Of a stretch of 64,000 nucleotides of DNA, positions 48,778-59,763 are shown one piece after another (the first letter of the stretch is position 1; every line of letters starts with the position of its first letter). The translations under genes and the position numbers were made by a program. A model generated the notes under the pieces. The model saw nothing but the letters and a program-made list of their open reading frames with translations, searched no databases and was not told the DNA's origin. Location of the stretch: NCBI GenBank assembly GCA_964451925.1, contig CAYVKA010000019.1, positions 2,136-66,135 on the forward strand, read 5' to 3'. This stretch comes from an uncultured Nevskia sp. (lineage in GTDB: Bacteria > Pseudomonadota > Gammaproteobacteria > Nevskiales > Nevskiaceae).

Positions 48778-51036
48778 ATGGCAAATGATTCGGAATCGAT
48801 CGTAAGAAGCGTAGGCGGAATGACGCCCGCCGGCGTCGCCGTGAGCGAGGGTGAGGTCGACCTGCGGCAACTACTGGATCTGTTTAGAGCTGGCCGCTGG
48901 ACAATTGCGATAGTTGTCGCCTTGACAGTTGGTCTGGTTGGCTTGTATTGCGTATGGGTTGCGCCAACCTATCAAGCGGATGGACTTGTTCAAATCGAGC
49001 AGAGCACCGGTAAGGGTGGAGGGGTTCCTCAGCAATTGAGCGAGATTTCTTCCCTTGTACTCGGCTCCTCGGTAGAAACCCAGGCCGAGATACAGGTTCT
49101 GCGCAGCCGGATGGTATTGAGTCAAATTATCGACAAGTTAAATCTTCAAATCTTGGCGCAACCGAAATATCTTCCTTTACTTGGAGCGGCAATCGTTCGG
49201 TCGAGCAAGGAAGCTACTGAGCCGGTTTCAGTGCCAGCTTGGCTGCGCAAATATGCGTGGGGAGGCGAGAGAGTTGCCGTTTCGACTTGGGAAATACCGG
49301 ATGAGTCTTTGAATAAGGCCTTCACCCTTGTCAAAACCGTAACCGGATTTGTAATTAATCGCCCCAATGGGAATAGATTGCTGGAAGGCAGCATCGGTGA
49401 AACTGTTACGACGAATGCCCCAGATGGCACTTTCACTGTTTTTGTGCGCGAACTCGGGGCGGAACCGGGCACGCAATTTAGGCTGATCCGCTATTCCCGT
49501 CAGGACGTCTTGGCTCAGCTGACGAAAAAGCTCCAGATTGCAGAGCAGGGCAAACAATCAGGCGTAATCACCGTCAGTTTTCAAGGCAAATCTCCAGACG
49601 AAGTAACTGACGTTATTAACACATTGGAGGAAGCCTATCTTAGACAGAATGTGGAAAGGCGCTCTGCCAATGCGCAGCAGTCTTTGGAATATCTTCAGAG
49701 GCAGCTTCCGCAACTAAAAGATCAGGTCGATCAGGCGCAGCTAAAGCTCAACTCATATCAGTCCACGCATGGCTCAGTAGATGTTACGCAGGAAACACAA
49801 TTGGTGCTCAAGCAAACTGTCGATCTTGAGTCTCAACGCCTGCAACTGGCACAGCAAAGAGATGAGTTGCTGCAGCGTTTTACCCCACAGCATCCTACAG
49901 TGAAGGCTCTGGACGAGCAGATACAGTCTCTGGATTCCGCCCAGGGAAAGGTCAAGCAACAAGTTGGGAAATTGCCCAACACGCAGCAGGAAATTTTCAG
50001 CCTCCTTCGCGACTTGGACGTCAGCAATGAGCTGTATGCGGAAATGCTGAATTCGATTCAGGAACTGCAGGTCGCTAAGGCTGGAACCGTTGGCAATGTA
50101 CGTATCGTAGACCGGGCTTTAAAGCCGTTTAAACCCATTTCGCCAAGAGTGCCAATGCTGTTGGCGGGTTCAGTCTTCGCTGGTTTGATCATTGGGATGG
50201 CTGTTGTGCTTGTCCAGAGGACCATGCTTCGGGGCGTGGATGATCCAGCTCAAGTGGAGTCTCAGTTGGGACTGGTTACTTATGCCATGGTGCCCTTCTC
50301 CATGCGACAGCGTCAGCTCAACCGAAGCATCGCTAGGAGAGAGCGTGGACAATTCATCCTTGCGGGACTGGACGCTCAGGATATCGCGATCGAATCCCTA
50401 AGAAGCCTACGCACGTCACTGCATTTCGCCATGCTGGAAGCACGCAATAACGTGCTGATGCTTACCGGACCAGCTCCCGAGCTGGGCAAATCCTTCGTCT
50501 CGGTTAACCTTGGGGCGGTGTTGGCGCTTTCTGGAAAGAAGGTCGTGACAGTGGATGCCGACCTTCGTAGAGGGCACTTGCATCTATACGTTGCTGCCTC
50601 AGCAACGCCGGGTATTTCGGAATTCGTGGCTGGTGAAGCTGACTCTAGATCCATCATTCATACTAGCCCGATTCAGGGACTTGATATTGTCTTTCGTGGA
50701 ACAAGCCCGCCAAATCCGTCTGAGTTGTTGCTACATGAGCGATTTGCGGCGCTGATCTCTGAACTTTCGGCTAGGTACGACTACGTGATTATCGATACCC
50801 CTCCAGTTCTAGCAGTGACTGATGCGGCGATTGTAGGCCAGTTGGCGGGCAGCACTCTGCTTGTCCTCAAATCCGCAGAACATTCCATTCGCGAGATTGA
50901 AGAGACCGTCAAACGGCTTTCAACTGCTGGAATCGTTTTGAAGGGCGTCATATTTAATCAAGTTGGCGCACGTGCGGGCAGTTATGGTTACGGGAACTAC
51001 GGATATACAAATTATCGGTATGATTCGACCGGTTAA
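48778..51036 (+). CDS. wzc: Polysaccharide co-polymerase / BY-kinase Wzc
   Basis: Two TM helices, GNVRIVD, ESLRSLRTSL, Walker A GPAPELGKS, DADLRRG, IIDTPPVL, C-terminal Tyr cluster YGYGNYGYTNYRY. Confidence 0.96.
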   Translation: MANDSESIVRSVGGMTPAGVAVSEGEVDLRQLLDLFRAGRWTIAIVVALTVGLVGLYCVWVAPTYQADGLVQIEQSTGKGGGVPQQLSEISSLVLGSSVETQAEIQVLRSRMVLSQIIDKLNLQILAQPKYLPLLGAAIVRSSKEATEPVSVPAWLRKYAWGGERVAVSTWEIPDESLNKAFTLVKTVTGFVINRPNGNRLLEGSIGETVTTNAPDGTFTVFVRELGAEPGTQFRLIRYSRQDVLAQLTKKLQIAEQGKQSGVITVSFQGKSPDEVTDVINTLEEAYLRQNVERRSANAQQSLEYLQRQLPQLKDQVDQAQLKLNSYQSTHGSVDVTQETQLVLKQTVDLESQRLQLAQQRDELLQRFTPQHPTVKALDEQIQSLDSAQGKVKQQVGKLPNTQQEIFSLLRDLDVSNELYAEMLNSIQELQVAKAGTVGNVRIVDRALKPFKPISPRVPMLLAGSVFAGLIIGMAVVLVQRTMLRGVDDPAQVESQLGLVTYAMVPFSMRQRQLNRSIARRERGQFILAGLDAQDIAIESLRSLRTSLHFAMLEARNNVLMLTGPAPELGKSFVSVNLGAVLALSGKKVVTVDADLRRGHLHLYVAASATPGISEFVAGEADSRSIIHTSPIQGLDIVFRGTSPPNPSELLLHERFAALISELSARYDYVIIDTPPVLAVTDAAIVGQLAGSTLLVLKSAEHSIREIEETVKRLSTAGIVLKGVIFNQVGARAGSYGYGNYGYTNYRYDSTG

Positions 51037-51268
51037 TTTTTCATCCTGCCGCTCATATTAGGCAATGACCAAGGCAGGGCTTCTATGAAAGCAGGTTTAA
51101 TCGTGGCTTTCTCAAATATTAGAAACAACTGGCGTACTTCTTGATCTAAAAATGTTGTTTTTAGAAATAAATCAGCAGATTTGGAACGCTGGCGTTCCTC
51201 GGGCCAACCGCTGGAATGAGTTTCGAAAGATTCTGGCCTTAGGCGTTGCCAAATATTATTTGTAAAGA

Positions 51269-52366
51269 TTGGAGATTTTGAGCTTGAAACGTGCACTTAT
51301 CACAGGAATCACCGGACAAGATGGCGCCTATCTTGCAGAATTTCTTTTGGAAAAGGGCTATGAAGTGCACGGCATAAAACGCCGCAGCTCTCTATTTAAT
51401 ACTGATCGAATTGACCACCTATATCATGACCCTCACGTTAAAGGGCGAAATCTAGTCCTTCATTACGGCGATCTTACTGATTCAACTAATCTTATCCGCA
51501 TTGTGCAATTGGTCAAACCGGATGAGATTTATAATCTTGGTGCGCAAAGTCATGTGCATGTCTCATTCGAAAGTCCCGAATATACTGCGAATTCAGATGC
51601 CATAGGCGCGCTGCGAATTCTAGAAGCAATACGAATTCTCGGGATGGAGAAATCGGCGCGCTTCTATCAGGCTTCGACGTCCGAGCTATATGGGTTGGTT
51701 CAAGAAATTCCGCAGAAGGAAACTACACCGTTTTACCCGCGGTCGCCTTATGCGGTAGCGAAACTCTACGCTTATTGGATCACGGTTAACTATCGTGAAG
51801 CTTATGGAATTTACGCTTGCAACGGTATTCTGTTTAACCATGAGTCTCCAATACGTGGAGAGACTTTTGTAACAAGGAAGATTACACGCGCTTTGGCTCG
51901 CATTAAGCTGGGATTACAAGATTGTTTATATCTCGGCAATCTCAATTCACTGCGAGATTGGGGCCACGCACGTGACTATGTGGAAATGCAATGGCTAATG
52001 CTTCAGCAGGAACAGGCCGAAGATTTCGTTATCGCAACCGGTGAGCAACATAGTGTTCGTGAGTTCGTCCAACTCGCAGCGGAAGAACTAGGCATTCAGG
52101 TCAAATGGGAGGGCGAGGGACTTGACTGCAAGGGATTCGATCAGCATGGCAAGTGCATAGTGGCTGTCGATCCGAGATATTTCCGCCCAACAGAAGTTGA
52201 GACTCTGTTGGGCGACGCTGGTAAAGCCAAGCGCAAGCTAGGATGGGTGCCGAAAATCAGTTTCCAACAGTTGGTTCGAGAAATGGCGCTTGAAGATCTA
52301 CGATCAGCTGAACGAGATGATCTGGTAAAAAGCCATGGATACAAAGTAATGGACTACAACGAGTGA
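51269..52366 (+). CDS. gmd: GDP-mannose 4,6-dehydratase
   Basis: [49 protein letters not shown]. The start may be a downstream TTG (51278/51284). Confidence 0.97.
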   Translation: MEILSLKRALITGITGQDGAYLAEFLLEKGYEVHGIKRRSSLFNTDRIDHLYHDPHVKGRNLVLHYGDLTDSTNLIRIVQLVKPDEIYNLGAQSHVHVSFESPEYTANSDAIGALRILEAIRILGMEKSARFYQASTSELYGLVQEIPQKETTPFYPRSPYAVAKLYAYWITVNYREAYGIYACNGILFNHESPIRGETFVTRKITRALARIKLGLQDCLYLGNLNSLRDWGHARDYVEMQWLMLQQEQAEDFVIATGEQHSVREFVQLAAEELGIQVKWEGEGLDCKGFDQHGKCIVAVDPRYFRPTEVETLLGDAGKAKRKLGWVPKISFQQLVREMALEDLRSAERDDLVKSHGYKVMDYNE

Positions 52367-52436
52367 TTCGGTTTCGCACTAGTTAACGTCGCGCCACGAA
52401 GACGGCGCCGAGCGATGCTTTTGTGATGTTCTTTCT

Positions 52437-53831
52437 ATGATTGCGCAAATTTATCGGTCGGTCTCTACAATCCGGCCTTATTTGAGCCTACAGTCGTTCG
52501 ATGTCTCGACAGCTGAGGGACGCTCCCGCGAACGACAGCGGCGAGCCTTTTTGTCAACTATAGTTGCGTTGGTTGCAAAAGTTGTTTCCATAGGTACACA
52601 ACTGATCACTGTACCTGTGACGCTAAGCTATCTAGGAACAGAGAGGTTTGGTCTTTGGATGACCATGTCCTCTGTGATCGCGATGCTTGCCTTTGCCGAT
52701 CTTGGTATTGGCAATGGCCTTCTGAATGCTATAGCAAAGGCTAATGGCGAGGATGACACAGTTGCTATGCGCCGATACATCTCGAGCGCTGTTGTAATTC
52801 TTTGCTTGGTTTCACTAGTCGTACTTGTCACTTTCGAGTTTTCTTATCCTTATATTCCATGGGCTAATTTTTTTAATATTCATAGCTCATTAGCGATCGC
52901 CGAAGCAGGTCCCGCTGTTAAGTTATTTGTGTTTTGTTTCGCGCTCAATATTCCCGCCACAATTGTCCAGAGAGCGCAACTGGGCCTGCAGATGGGATTT
53001 GTAGCGAATCTGTGGCAAGCCCTGGGAAGTGTTTTCGCACTTGTCGCCGTTTTAGTCGCTGTATATATGCGCTGCGGTTTGCAGTGGCTGGTGTTGGCCT
53101 TTGCCGGTGCTCCAGTCATCGCGTCGGCGATGAATGGAATAGTTTTCTTCGGGAAAACGCGCCGGGATCTCAGTCCAAGCCTGTCTTTTGCAACTAGTGA
53201 CAGCGCTTTTAGGATTATCAAACTCGGATTGTTGTTCTTTGTGCTCCAAATCGTCGTGTCAGTGACGTACCTTTCTGACAACATCGTAATAGCTCGCGTG
53301 CTCGGAGCGAGTGTTGTCACGATTTACGCATTGCCGGACAAGATGTTTAGCGTAATACCTATGATCTTGACCATGATGCTGACCCCACTCTGGCCCGCGT
53401 ATGGAGAGGCAATTGCGCGCCGTGATGGAAAATGGGTTGGACGTATCCTAAAGAAGACGCTGCTGATTTCTCTGCTTACGTCGATGGTTTTATCAACAAC
53501 TTTCTTTTGTCTGGGTGACGAGCTTCTATCTCTCTGGGCGGGACACCATATAGCTACGCCGATAGCTCTCCTACTAGGAATGGCACTCTGGAAAATCATA
53601 GAGGCGGTAGGAAATACCGTTGCAGTATATTTGAATGGACATGGGTTAATCCGGGAACAAGTGCTGATGTCGGTGATGACAGGGTTTTCAGCTATTTGCG
53701 GGAAGTTTTATCTAGTTCAAAACTGGGGCGTAGCTGGTGCAATCTGGGCCACGATCATGGCTTATTTGGGGTTCAGCGCTGTTCCGTTGTATTACCTCGT
53801 TAAGAAGACGTTCAGAGTTCAATCAGCATAG
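52437..53831 (+). CDS. wzx: Polysaccharide flippase Wzx
   Basis: Multi-TM MOP-type protein; YLGTERFGLW, DLGIGNGL, LWPAYGEA. Confidence 0.85.
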   Translation: MIAQIYRSVSTIRPYLSLQSFDVSTAEGRSRERQRRAFLSTIVALVAKVVSIGTQLITVPVTLSYLGTERFGLWMTMSSVIAMLAFADLGIGNGLLNAIAKANGEDDTVAMRRYISSAVVILCLVSLVVLVTFEFSYPYIPWANFFNIHSSLAIAEAGPAVKLFVFCFALNIPATIVQRAQLGLQMGFVANLWQALGSVFALVAVLVAVYMRCGLQWLVLAFAGAPVIASAMNGIVFFGKTRRDLSPSLSFATSDSAFRIIKLGLLFFVLQIVVSVTYLSDNIVIARVLGASVVTIYALPDKMFSVIPMILTMMLTPLWPAYGEAIARRDGKWVGRILKKTLLISLLTSMVLSTTFFCLGDELLSLWAGHHIATPIALLLGMALWKIIEAVGNTVAVYLNGHGLIREQVLMSVMTGFSAICGKFYLVQNWGVAGAIWATIMAYLGFSAVPLYYLVKKTFRVQSA

Positions 53832-53836
53832 GGATA

Positions 53837-54415
53837 ATGGCAGTGCGATCGATGCTTCGATGGGCTTTGAACCAACTTGCAAAGCAGAGAATATTGCGTA
53901 TGAACGGGGTCTCAATCTCACCCAAAACAAAGATCAATTACCGGGGCATTGTAGGGAAGACTTTTTCTTCGTTGAAAGTGGAGGAAGGCACTATCATCGA
54001 AGGTAACATTGTGATTGACAAAGAAGGGGCCTCTGTTGCCATCGGCCGCAATAGTTTTATCGGTGCTTCAGATATTGTTTGTGCCGAACGTATCGAGATT
54101 GGGGATGATGTTTTGATTTCCTGGGGCTGTCACATCGTGGATCATAATTCTCATCCAATTTCCTGGAATGAACGACGGGATGATGTCAGGAATTGGTTCG
54201 TTGGAACAAAGGTTTGGGACAAAGTGGTGACAAAAAAAGTGATAATTGGAAGCCGATCTTGGATTGGATTCAATGCAATTATTCTAAAAGGCGTGACCAT
54301 TGGGGAAGGGGCAATTGTTGGCGCTGGAAGCGTTGTGACGAAAGATGTCCCGCCGAACGCAATCGTTGCTGGAAATCCAGCGAGACTAATTCGAGCAGTG
54401 TTAGCTAATGACTAA
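53837..54415 (+). CDS. Left-handed beta-helix (hexapeptide) acyltransferase
   Basis: IGRNSFIG, IGDDVLIS, IVDHNSH, IGSRSWIG..ILKGVTIGEGAIVGAGSVVTKDVP..GNPAR. Confidence 0.92.
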   Translation: MAVRSMLRWALNQLAKQRILRMNGVSISPKTKINYRGIVGKTFSSLKVEEGTIIEGNIVIDKEGASVAIGRNSFIGASDIVCAERIEIGDDVLISWGCHIVDHNSHPISWNERRDDVRNWFVGTKVWDKVVTKKVIIGSRSWIGFNAIILKGVTIGEGAIVGAGSVVTKDVPPNAIVAGNPARLIRAVLAND

Positions 54416-55226
54416 TTCAAGTGTGATGTCCTGGGAAGAGGCTGTTCATTGGCTTAGAAACCAATCCGGGCAAGAAGAGCTGGTGCGCTGTTGCTATTAC
54501 GACGATCCTGTATCTGCGGCGGCAGACAGATTTCAAAAGAGCAAAGAGTGGCAAGCTGTCCGTGAATATATTCCACGACAAGCCGGGACAGCGCTCGATA
54601 TTGGAGCTGGTCGAGGGATTTCATCTTTTGCCTTGGCAAAGGATGGATGGAAAGTAACTGCTCTAGAGCCTGATCCAAGTGACCTGGTTGGTAGCGGAGC
54701 TATTCGCAATCTCGTAAAAGAATCGCATACAGACATCGAAATTGTAAATGAGTGGGGAGAATCTCTTCCCTTTTCCGAGAATAAGTTCGATCTAGTTTAT
54801 TGCCGAGCGGTATTACATCATGCTCGTGAATTGAAAAAGCTCAGCTCAGAAATTGAGCGGGTATTGAAACCAGGAGGTTGCCTAGTAGCAACCCGCGAAC
54901 ACGTGATTTCAAGAAAAAGTGATTTGGCCGCATTCTTTGATAGCCATCCTCTGCACCGCTTGTACGGCGGTGAAAACGCCTATTTGCTATCTGAATATAA
55001 ATCCTCCATCGAAGGTTCTGGGCTTCAGTTAAGCAAAGTCATCGGGCCGTTTGAGAGTGACATTAATCTGTTCCCAGAAACCAAAGACTCTGTAAAGGCA
55101 CAGTTAAGCGCCAAGTTGAAGGTCGTGCCCAAATCCCTGGTATCTGATCTCATGTTGTATCTATATGGTCTGTACAACAAAACCCCAGGACGATTGTATT
55201 CGTTTGTGGCATTTAAGAAATCGTGA
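54408..55226 (+). CDS. Class I SAM-dependent methyltransferase
   Basis: ALDIGAGRG motif I, ESLPF..FDLVY, VLHH, RVLKPGG. Confidence 0.88.
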   Translation: MTNSSVMSWEEAVHWLRNQSGQEELVRCCYYDDPVSAAADRFQKSKEWQAVREYIPRQAGTALDIGAGRGISSFALAKDGWKVTALEPDPSDLVGSGAIRNLVKESHTDIEIVNEWGESLPFSENKFDLVYCRAVLHHARELKKLSSEIERVLKPGGCLVATREHVISRKSDLAAFFDSHPLHRLYGGENAYLLSEYKSSIEGSGLQLSKVIGPFESDINLFPETKDSVKAQLSAKLKVVPKSLVSDLMLYLYGLYNKTPGRLYSFVAFKKS

Positions 55227-56134
55227 AGGCTCTAGTCACAGGGGCCCATGGATTTCTTGGGCGCTATGTTGCTCACCGTTTGCACGAATGCGGGTATTCA
55301 GTTGTGGGCATAGGGCATGGTGTCTGGACTCATGATGAGCAACTGCAATACGGCGTAACGGAATGGCATTCTGTGGATATCACGATGGATGCACTCGTGA
55401 AGTTCGCTGAAAGGCCCGACATGGTTGTCCACTGCGCTGGGAGTGGTTCCGTCGCGTTTTCGATGTCTGAGCCCTATCAGGATTTTGAGCGGACAGTGGG
55501 CAATACCGCCATTATTCTTGAATACATCAGATTGCACTCCCCTCGGTCAGTGCTTATCTATCCTTCCAGTGCGGCCGTGTACGGTCTGGCAGATTGCCTG
55601 CCCATTAAAGAGTCACACCAATCCAATCCGGTCTCCCAGTACGGCCTGCACAAACTTATGGCCGAGCAAATGTGTCGCTCGTATTCGATGCATTTCGGCG
55701 TAGCCGCTGCAATAGTCCGTTTCTTTTCCATTTACGGAGAGGGTCTAAGAAAGCAGCTTCTTTGGGACACCTGTACAAAAATCACGCAAGGTCAAGGCAA
55801 TTTCTTTGGTACAGGTAATGAGATACGAGACTGGATTCATGTAGAAGACGCTGCGGCCTTAGTGGAAATCGCCGGGCAGCACGCTTCTCCTCAATGTCCT
55901 GTCGTGAACGGCGGGAGTGGTGATGGAGTATCTGTAAGTGAAATAGTATTCGAACTATTTCGCTTATTTAATGTGCAACAAATTCCAAAGTTTAGTGGTC
56001 AATCCCGACTTGGAGATCCGCCAGGGTATCAAGCCGAGATTTCATCGGCCCGTGCATTGGGGTGGCGGCCAAAGATTCGTTGGCAAGATGGAATGCACCG
56101 ATATGCACGTTGGTTCAAGGAGCAGAAACAGTGA
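55223..56134 (+). CDS. NAD-dependent epimerase/dehydratase/reductase (extended SDR)
   Basis: VTGAHGFLG, SSAAVYG, YGLHK (YxxxK), RFFSIYG, RDWIHV. Confidence 0.9.
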   Translation: MKALVTGAHGFLGRYVAHRLHECGYSVVGIGHGVWTHDEQLQYGVTEWHSVDITMDALVKFAERPDMVVHCAGSGSVAFSMSEPYQDFERTVGNTAIILEYIRLHSPRSVLIYPSSAAVYGLADCLPIKESHQSNPVSQYGLHKLMAEQMCRSYSMHFGVAAAIVRFFSIYGEGLRKQLLWDTCTKITQGQGNFFGTGNEIRDWIHVEDAAALVEIAGQHASPQCPVVNGGSGDGVSVSEIVFELFRLFNVQQIPKFSGQSRLGDPPGYQAEISSARALGWRPKIRWQDGMHRYARWFKEQKQ

Positions 56135-57312
56135 TTCGGGTGGCGTTTGTTCTTAACGATATCGGCGATCGCTGGTTAGGCGGGGTTAATTACTATAGAA
56201 ATCTCTTTTCGGCATTGGAGTTGATTGAAAATCGAAAGATAGCGCCTGTGGTATTTTTGGGGGCACAGGCATCCGATAGTTTTGCGCGTAATTTCAAATC
56301 CGCAGAAATCGTACGAAGCACGATTCTTGATCGCAAAACGCCAGGATGGATTGTACGCAAAGTCGCGTCCAGATTCATGCCAGAGAGGCGTGACCCCCTT
56401 TTGTACGCACTGTTGAGGCAATACAAAATCGATGTAGTGTCACACTATCACTATGGATCAGTTTGGTGGGGGAAGAAAATCAAAATGATTGGCTGGATTC
56501 CCGACTTCCAGCACCTTTACTATCCTAATTTCTTTTTGCCCAGCGAAAGCAGTACGCGAGACGTGCAATACGAGCGGGTATGCCGCCTTTGTGACAGGGT
56601 GATTTTGAGTAGCAATGCGGTGCGTGACGATTTGAAGGTTTTTGCACCCGGTGCACTTCCCAAATCGCGGGTGCTTAGATTTGTACCGGATGTAAGCTTT
56701 GCGTCGCCTATCGTTAGCCTGGAAGACCTAAAAAGAAAATATGGCTTCAAGGCTCCATTTTTCTTTCTACCCAATCAATTTCACATTCATAAAAATCACC
56801 GCGTCGTAGTTGAAGCGTTAGCCGAATTAAAGAAAAAAGGGGCTGCAGCCACCGTGGTGGCTACCGGTAACACCGCCGATTATCGGAGGCCAGACTATTT
56901 CCCGGCTCTACTTGATCAGGTGACATCTCTCGATGTAAAGAATTTTTTTAAAATTATCGGCATGGTGCCGTATGAGGACTTGGTGTCTTTGATGTGCCAC
57001 TCCATTGCCGTTATCAATCCGTCACTGTTTGAGGGATGGAGCACAACGGTTGAAGAGGCAAAGGCTCTCAACAAGGTTACGCTGTTATCAGATATTGCGG
57101 TGCATCGTGAGCAGAATCCAAATGGTAGCTTCTTTTTTAATCCAAATGATTGCTCTGATCTAGCTGAGAAAATGTTCGCTGTGTTGAATAGTTCCACAGA
57201 TTTAACTTCGGCATATGCTGTTCCAGATGAAGGTTATCAGGCGCGTCGAGCCAATTTCGCATGCGAATATCAAAAAGTCGTTATCGAAACTGTAGCGCAG
57301 GAAAATCCTTAG
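56131..57312 (+). CDS. Glycosyltransferase family 4 (GT-B)
   Basis: WIPDFQH, PNQFHIHKNH, PSLFEGWSTTVEEAKA, SDIAVHREQ; GTG start overlaps the upstream stop. Confidence 0.9.
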   Translation: MIRVAFVLNDIGDRWLGGVNYYRNLFSALELIENRKIAPVVFLGAQASDSFARNFKSAEIVRSTILDRKTPGWIVRKVASRFMPERRDPLLYALLRQYKIDVVSHYHYGSVWWGKKIKMIGWIPDFQHLYYPNFFLPSESSTRDVQYERVCRLCDRVILSSNAVRDDLKVFAPGALPKSRVLRFVPDVSFASPIVSLEDLKRKYGFKAPFFFLPNQFHIHKNHRVVVEALAELKKKGAAATVVATGNTADYRRPDYFPALLDQVTSLDVKNFFKIIGMVPYEDLVSLMCHSIAVINPSLFEGWSTTVEEAKALNKVTLLSDIAVHREQNPNGSFFFNPNDCSDLAEKMFAVLNSSTDLTSAYAVPDEGYQARRANFACEYQKVVIETVAQENP

Positions 57313-57433
57313 CAAAGTATGTATCCCAATCAGCCAATCGGGACGTTACGAATCTCGACACTGAATTTAGGCGATTTGACGTCTAGTCGTATTGCAGTCG
57401 AGCTGATTGGGGATTTTTTCCAAGGCGCCGAAG

Positions 57434-58624
57434 ATGATTGATGATCTAATTGTCAGTCCTCAGTACTGGGCAGTGTTCGCTGTTGCAATGGCGGCCTTCT
57501 TTTGGGGCTTGCGATATACGCTGCTGGATTTCAAGTTTTTCATTGCCCTCTTTATTTCGCAGTATATTGCTCATCTATATGTTCTGATCGATCAATATTC
57601 CTCATTATTTTTATTTGCCTTGTTGAGTGGGTTAATGATTATTTTGGGGAGGTCGACCGTACCAAAAATATTGCGTACCCAAACCAAGCAACTGACGTTT
57701 ATTGATTACGAAGCCCGGAATTACCTTGTCCTTTGCAAGTTGTTTATTGTCACGTACTTCCTACTTCGCTTTGCACTGTACCCCCAGTTTTTTTCCGAGT
57801 TCGATATTTCCGCACGACTGGAGGCTCAGTATGACAACCGCGTGATCTATATTTTTTCACTTGTGATCGGCGTTCCAGTGGCCGCCGTACTTTGTGATTG
57901 GATTGATCGTCGCGAATTAGGGCGTTTCGATAAATTCTTGGCGGTCCTTATATTCCTCGGATATCTACAATCTGGATCTAAGGGGACTGTAATCTTTCTG
58001 GCTTTGGCGTTCATAGGCCTGACTTCATATATGCAGCGGCGAGTTAGTCCGGTCTATGTTGCGGGAGGGTTACTCTCAGTTTTTGCCATTGCATGGACTG
58101 CACTAAAGATTTTTTTTCCGCAATTGAACTCTCAGGAAATCGGCCAATTAATTTTGCACCGTATCGTCAGTAATACGGACAACATTGAGTTTCTTTATGT
58201 ATTGGGGGCCCAACCAGGCGATTATCCGTATGCCGGAATCGGTGAGTTATTTGCACCAATAGCCAAGCGGTTCGGGGAACAAATCGACTATCCCATAGGG
58301 GTATGGCTGTTTGGTTCGCGCTTCGGTGACTGGAGTGGTTTTGGTCCAAACTCGGGATTCATAATCGAATTTTTTGGAAGTTTGGGGTATGGCGGACTGT
58401 TGGTGGCGTTTTTCGTGGGTGTAGCCATAGGCTACTGCGAACAGCGAAGAACCCTATATCGAGCAGTGCTTCTTTCAATGCTCCATTTAATTTTGATAGA
58501 AAATCAGATTTTCACGACTTCTCTACTTGCTCATTCATTTTTCATTTTATTAGCTAGAGCTGCGTCATTTCTGCCAAAAAGGCCAAAATCAAACAATACT
58601 CGAAAAATACTTGTTTGGAGGTGA
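57434..58624 (+). CDS. Putative polysaccharide polymerase Wzy
   Basis: About 10 hydrophobic segments, low GC, SGSKG and RIVS loop motifs; sits within a wzx/wza/wzc locus with no other wzy candidate. Confidence 0.7.
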   Translation: MIDDLIVSPQYWAVFAVAMAAFFWGLRYTLLDFKFFIALFISQYIAHLYVLIDQYSSLFLFALLSGLMIILGRSTVPKILRTQTKQLTFIDYEARNYLVLCKLFIVTYFLLRFALYPQFFSEFDISARLEAQYDNRVIYIFSLVIGVPVAAVLCDWIDRRELGRFDKFLAVLIFLGYLQSGSKGTVIFLALAFIGLTSYMQRRVSPVYVAGGLLSVFAIAWTALKIFFPQLNSQEIGQLILHRIVSNTDNIEFLYVLGAQPGDYPYAGIGELFAPIAKRFGEQIDYPIGVWLFGSRFGDWSGFGPNSGFIIEFFGSLGYGGLLVAFFVGVAIGYCEQRRTLYRAVLLSMLHLILIENQIFTTSLLAHSFFILLARAASFLPKRPKSNNTRKILVWR

Positions 58625-58797
58625 GCTTTTTTTTTTGACAAGAGTCTGGCTAGATATATGGGAGACCGGCAGGCCAACCCGAAATTGAAATCTACTCAGC
58701 ATCACGCAAACTAGAGCAATCATCCGCTGATGAATTGCAATAAAGCTAGATTGCATCAATAAGACTGCTGTAAGCCGTGGTATTGAGGTTTTTGAAT

Positions 58798-59763
58798 ATG
58801 AATGTCGCGATTATTGGTTGTGGTGCTGTATTTGAAGTATTTTATATGGAAGCACTGAGTCGTATGCATCGCGCTGGCGTCATTAAGGTCATGGTGCTTG
58901 TTGATAGCATCCAACAAAATGTGGAGCGCGCCGCAAGTCGCTTTGCTAATGCCAGGCTTGCTTCCGATTTGAGTCAAGCGGATCTGGATGGAATTGATCG
59001 CGCACTGGTTCTCACCCCTCCGGCCAGTCACTTTGGAATCTGCATGCTCCTGGCCAAAGCCGGTGTTCATGTTTATTGCGAGAAGCCTCTAACTACCTCG
59101 CCTCAAGAAGCCAGAGATATTGCTGCTGCGTTCATGGATAAGAACTTGATCTGCAAGGTCGGTTATGTCCGCCGCTTATTCCCGAATGTTCGCGCCGTGC
59201 GTTCTCTCTATGGACGCATTGCAGGAGGTAGGCATATTGCAGTTTCAGACGGGGAAGTATTCCGCTGGCCGATCAAGACCGCATCAGTATTTTCCCCTGG
59301 CGATTCCGGCGCAGGGGTTGTTTGGGACAAGCTCAGTCATAATCTGGATATGGTGCAGTGGGTGGCTGGACTCCGAGAAATTACTTCGGTTCAATCAAGC
59401 TGCAAATCGGGAATGGTCCCGTCTGACGTTCTTGTAGAAGGTAGTACTGGCGAAGGAACCTTCAAGTTAGCTGTCTCTTGGACTGCGGCTTTCGCAAATG
59501 TAATTTCGATTGAAGGTGCGAACACCACGATTCGCACAAAGAATGGCCTTGGTTGGCAATTGAATGTGTCTGAACCTGTGGCACTTCCTCACGATGTCGG
59601 CAGTGTGTCGTCGTACGGCGAGGCGGTGGAGTCGGCGCTTGGAGAGTTCTTTCGCCTGCGAGACCGAGAAGAAAATTCCATACTTGCAACCTCGGAGGAA
59701 AGTGTCCTCCTCACCGAACTTTTGTCAAAAATCAATATTCTTGCAAAAAAGAGTTTAGTATGA
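58798..59763 (+). CDS. Gfo/Idh/MocA-family oxidoreductase
   Basis: VAIIGCG Rossmann start, TPPASH, HVYCEKP, GYVRR, DKLSHNLD. Confidence 0.88.
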   Translation: MNVAIIGCGAVFEVFYMEALSRMHRAGVIKVMVLVDSIQQNVERAASRFANARLASDLSQADLDGIDRALVLTPPASHFGICMLLAKAGVHVYCEKPLTTSPQEARDIAAAFMDKNLICKVGYVRRLFPNVRAVRSLYGRIAGGRHIAVSDGEVFRWPIKTASVFSPGDSGAGVVWDKLSHNLDMVQWVAGLREITSVQSSCKSGMVPSDVLVEGSTGEGTFKLAVSWTAAFANVISIEGANTTIRTKNGLGWQLNVSEPVALPHDVGSVSSYGEAVESALGEFFRLRDREENSILATSEESVLLTELLSKINILAKKSLV

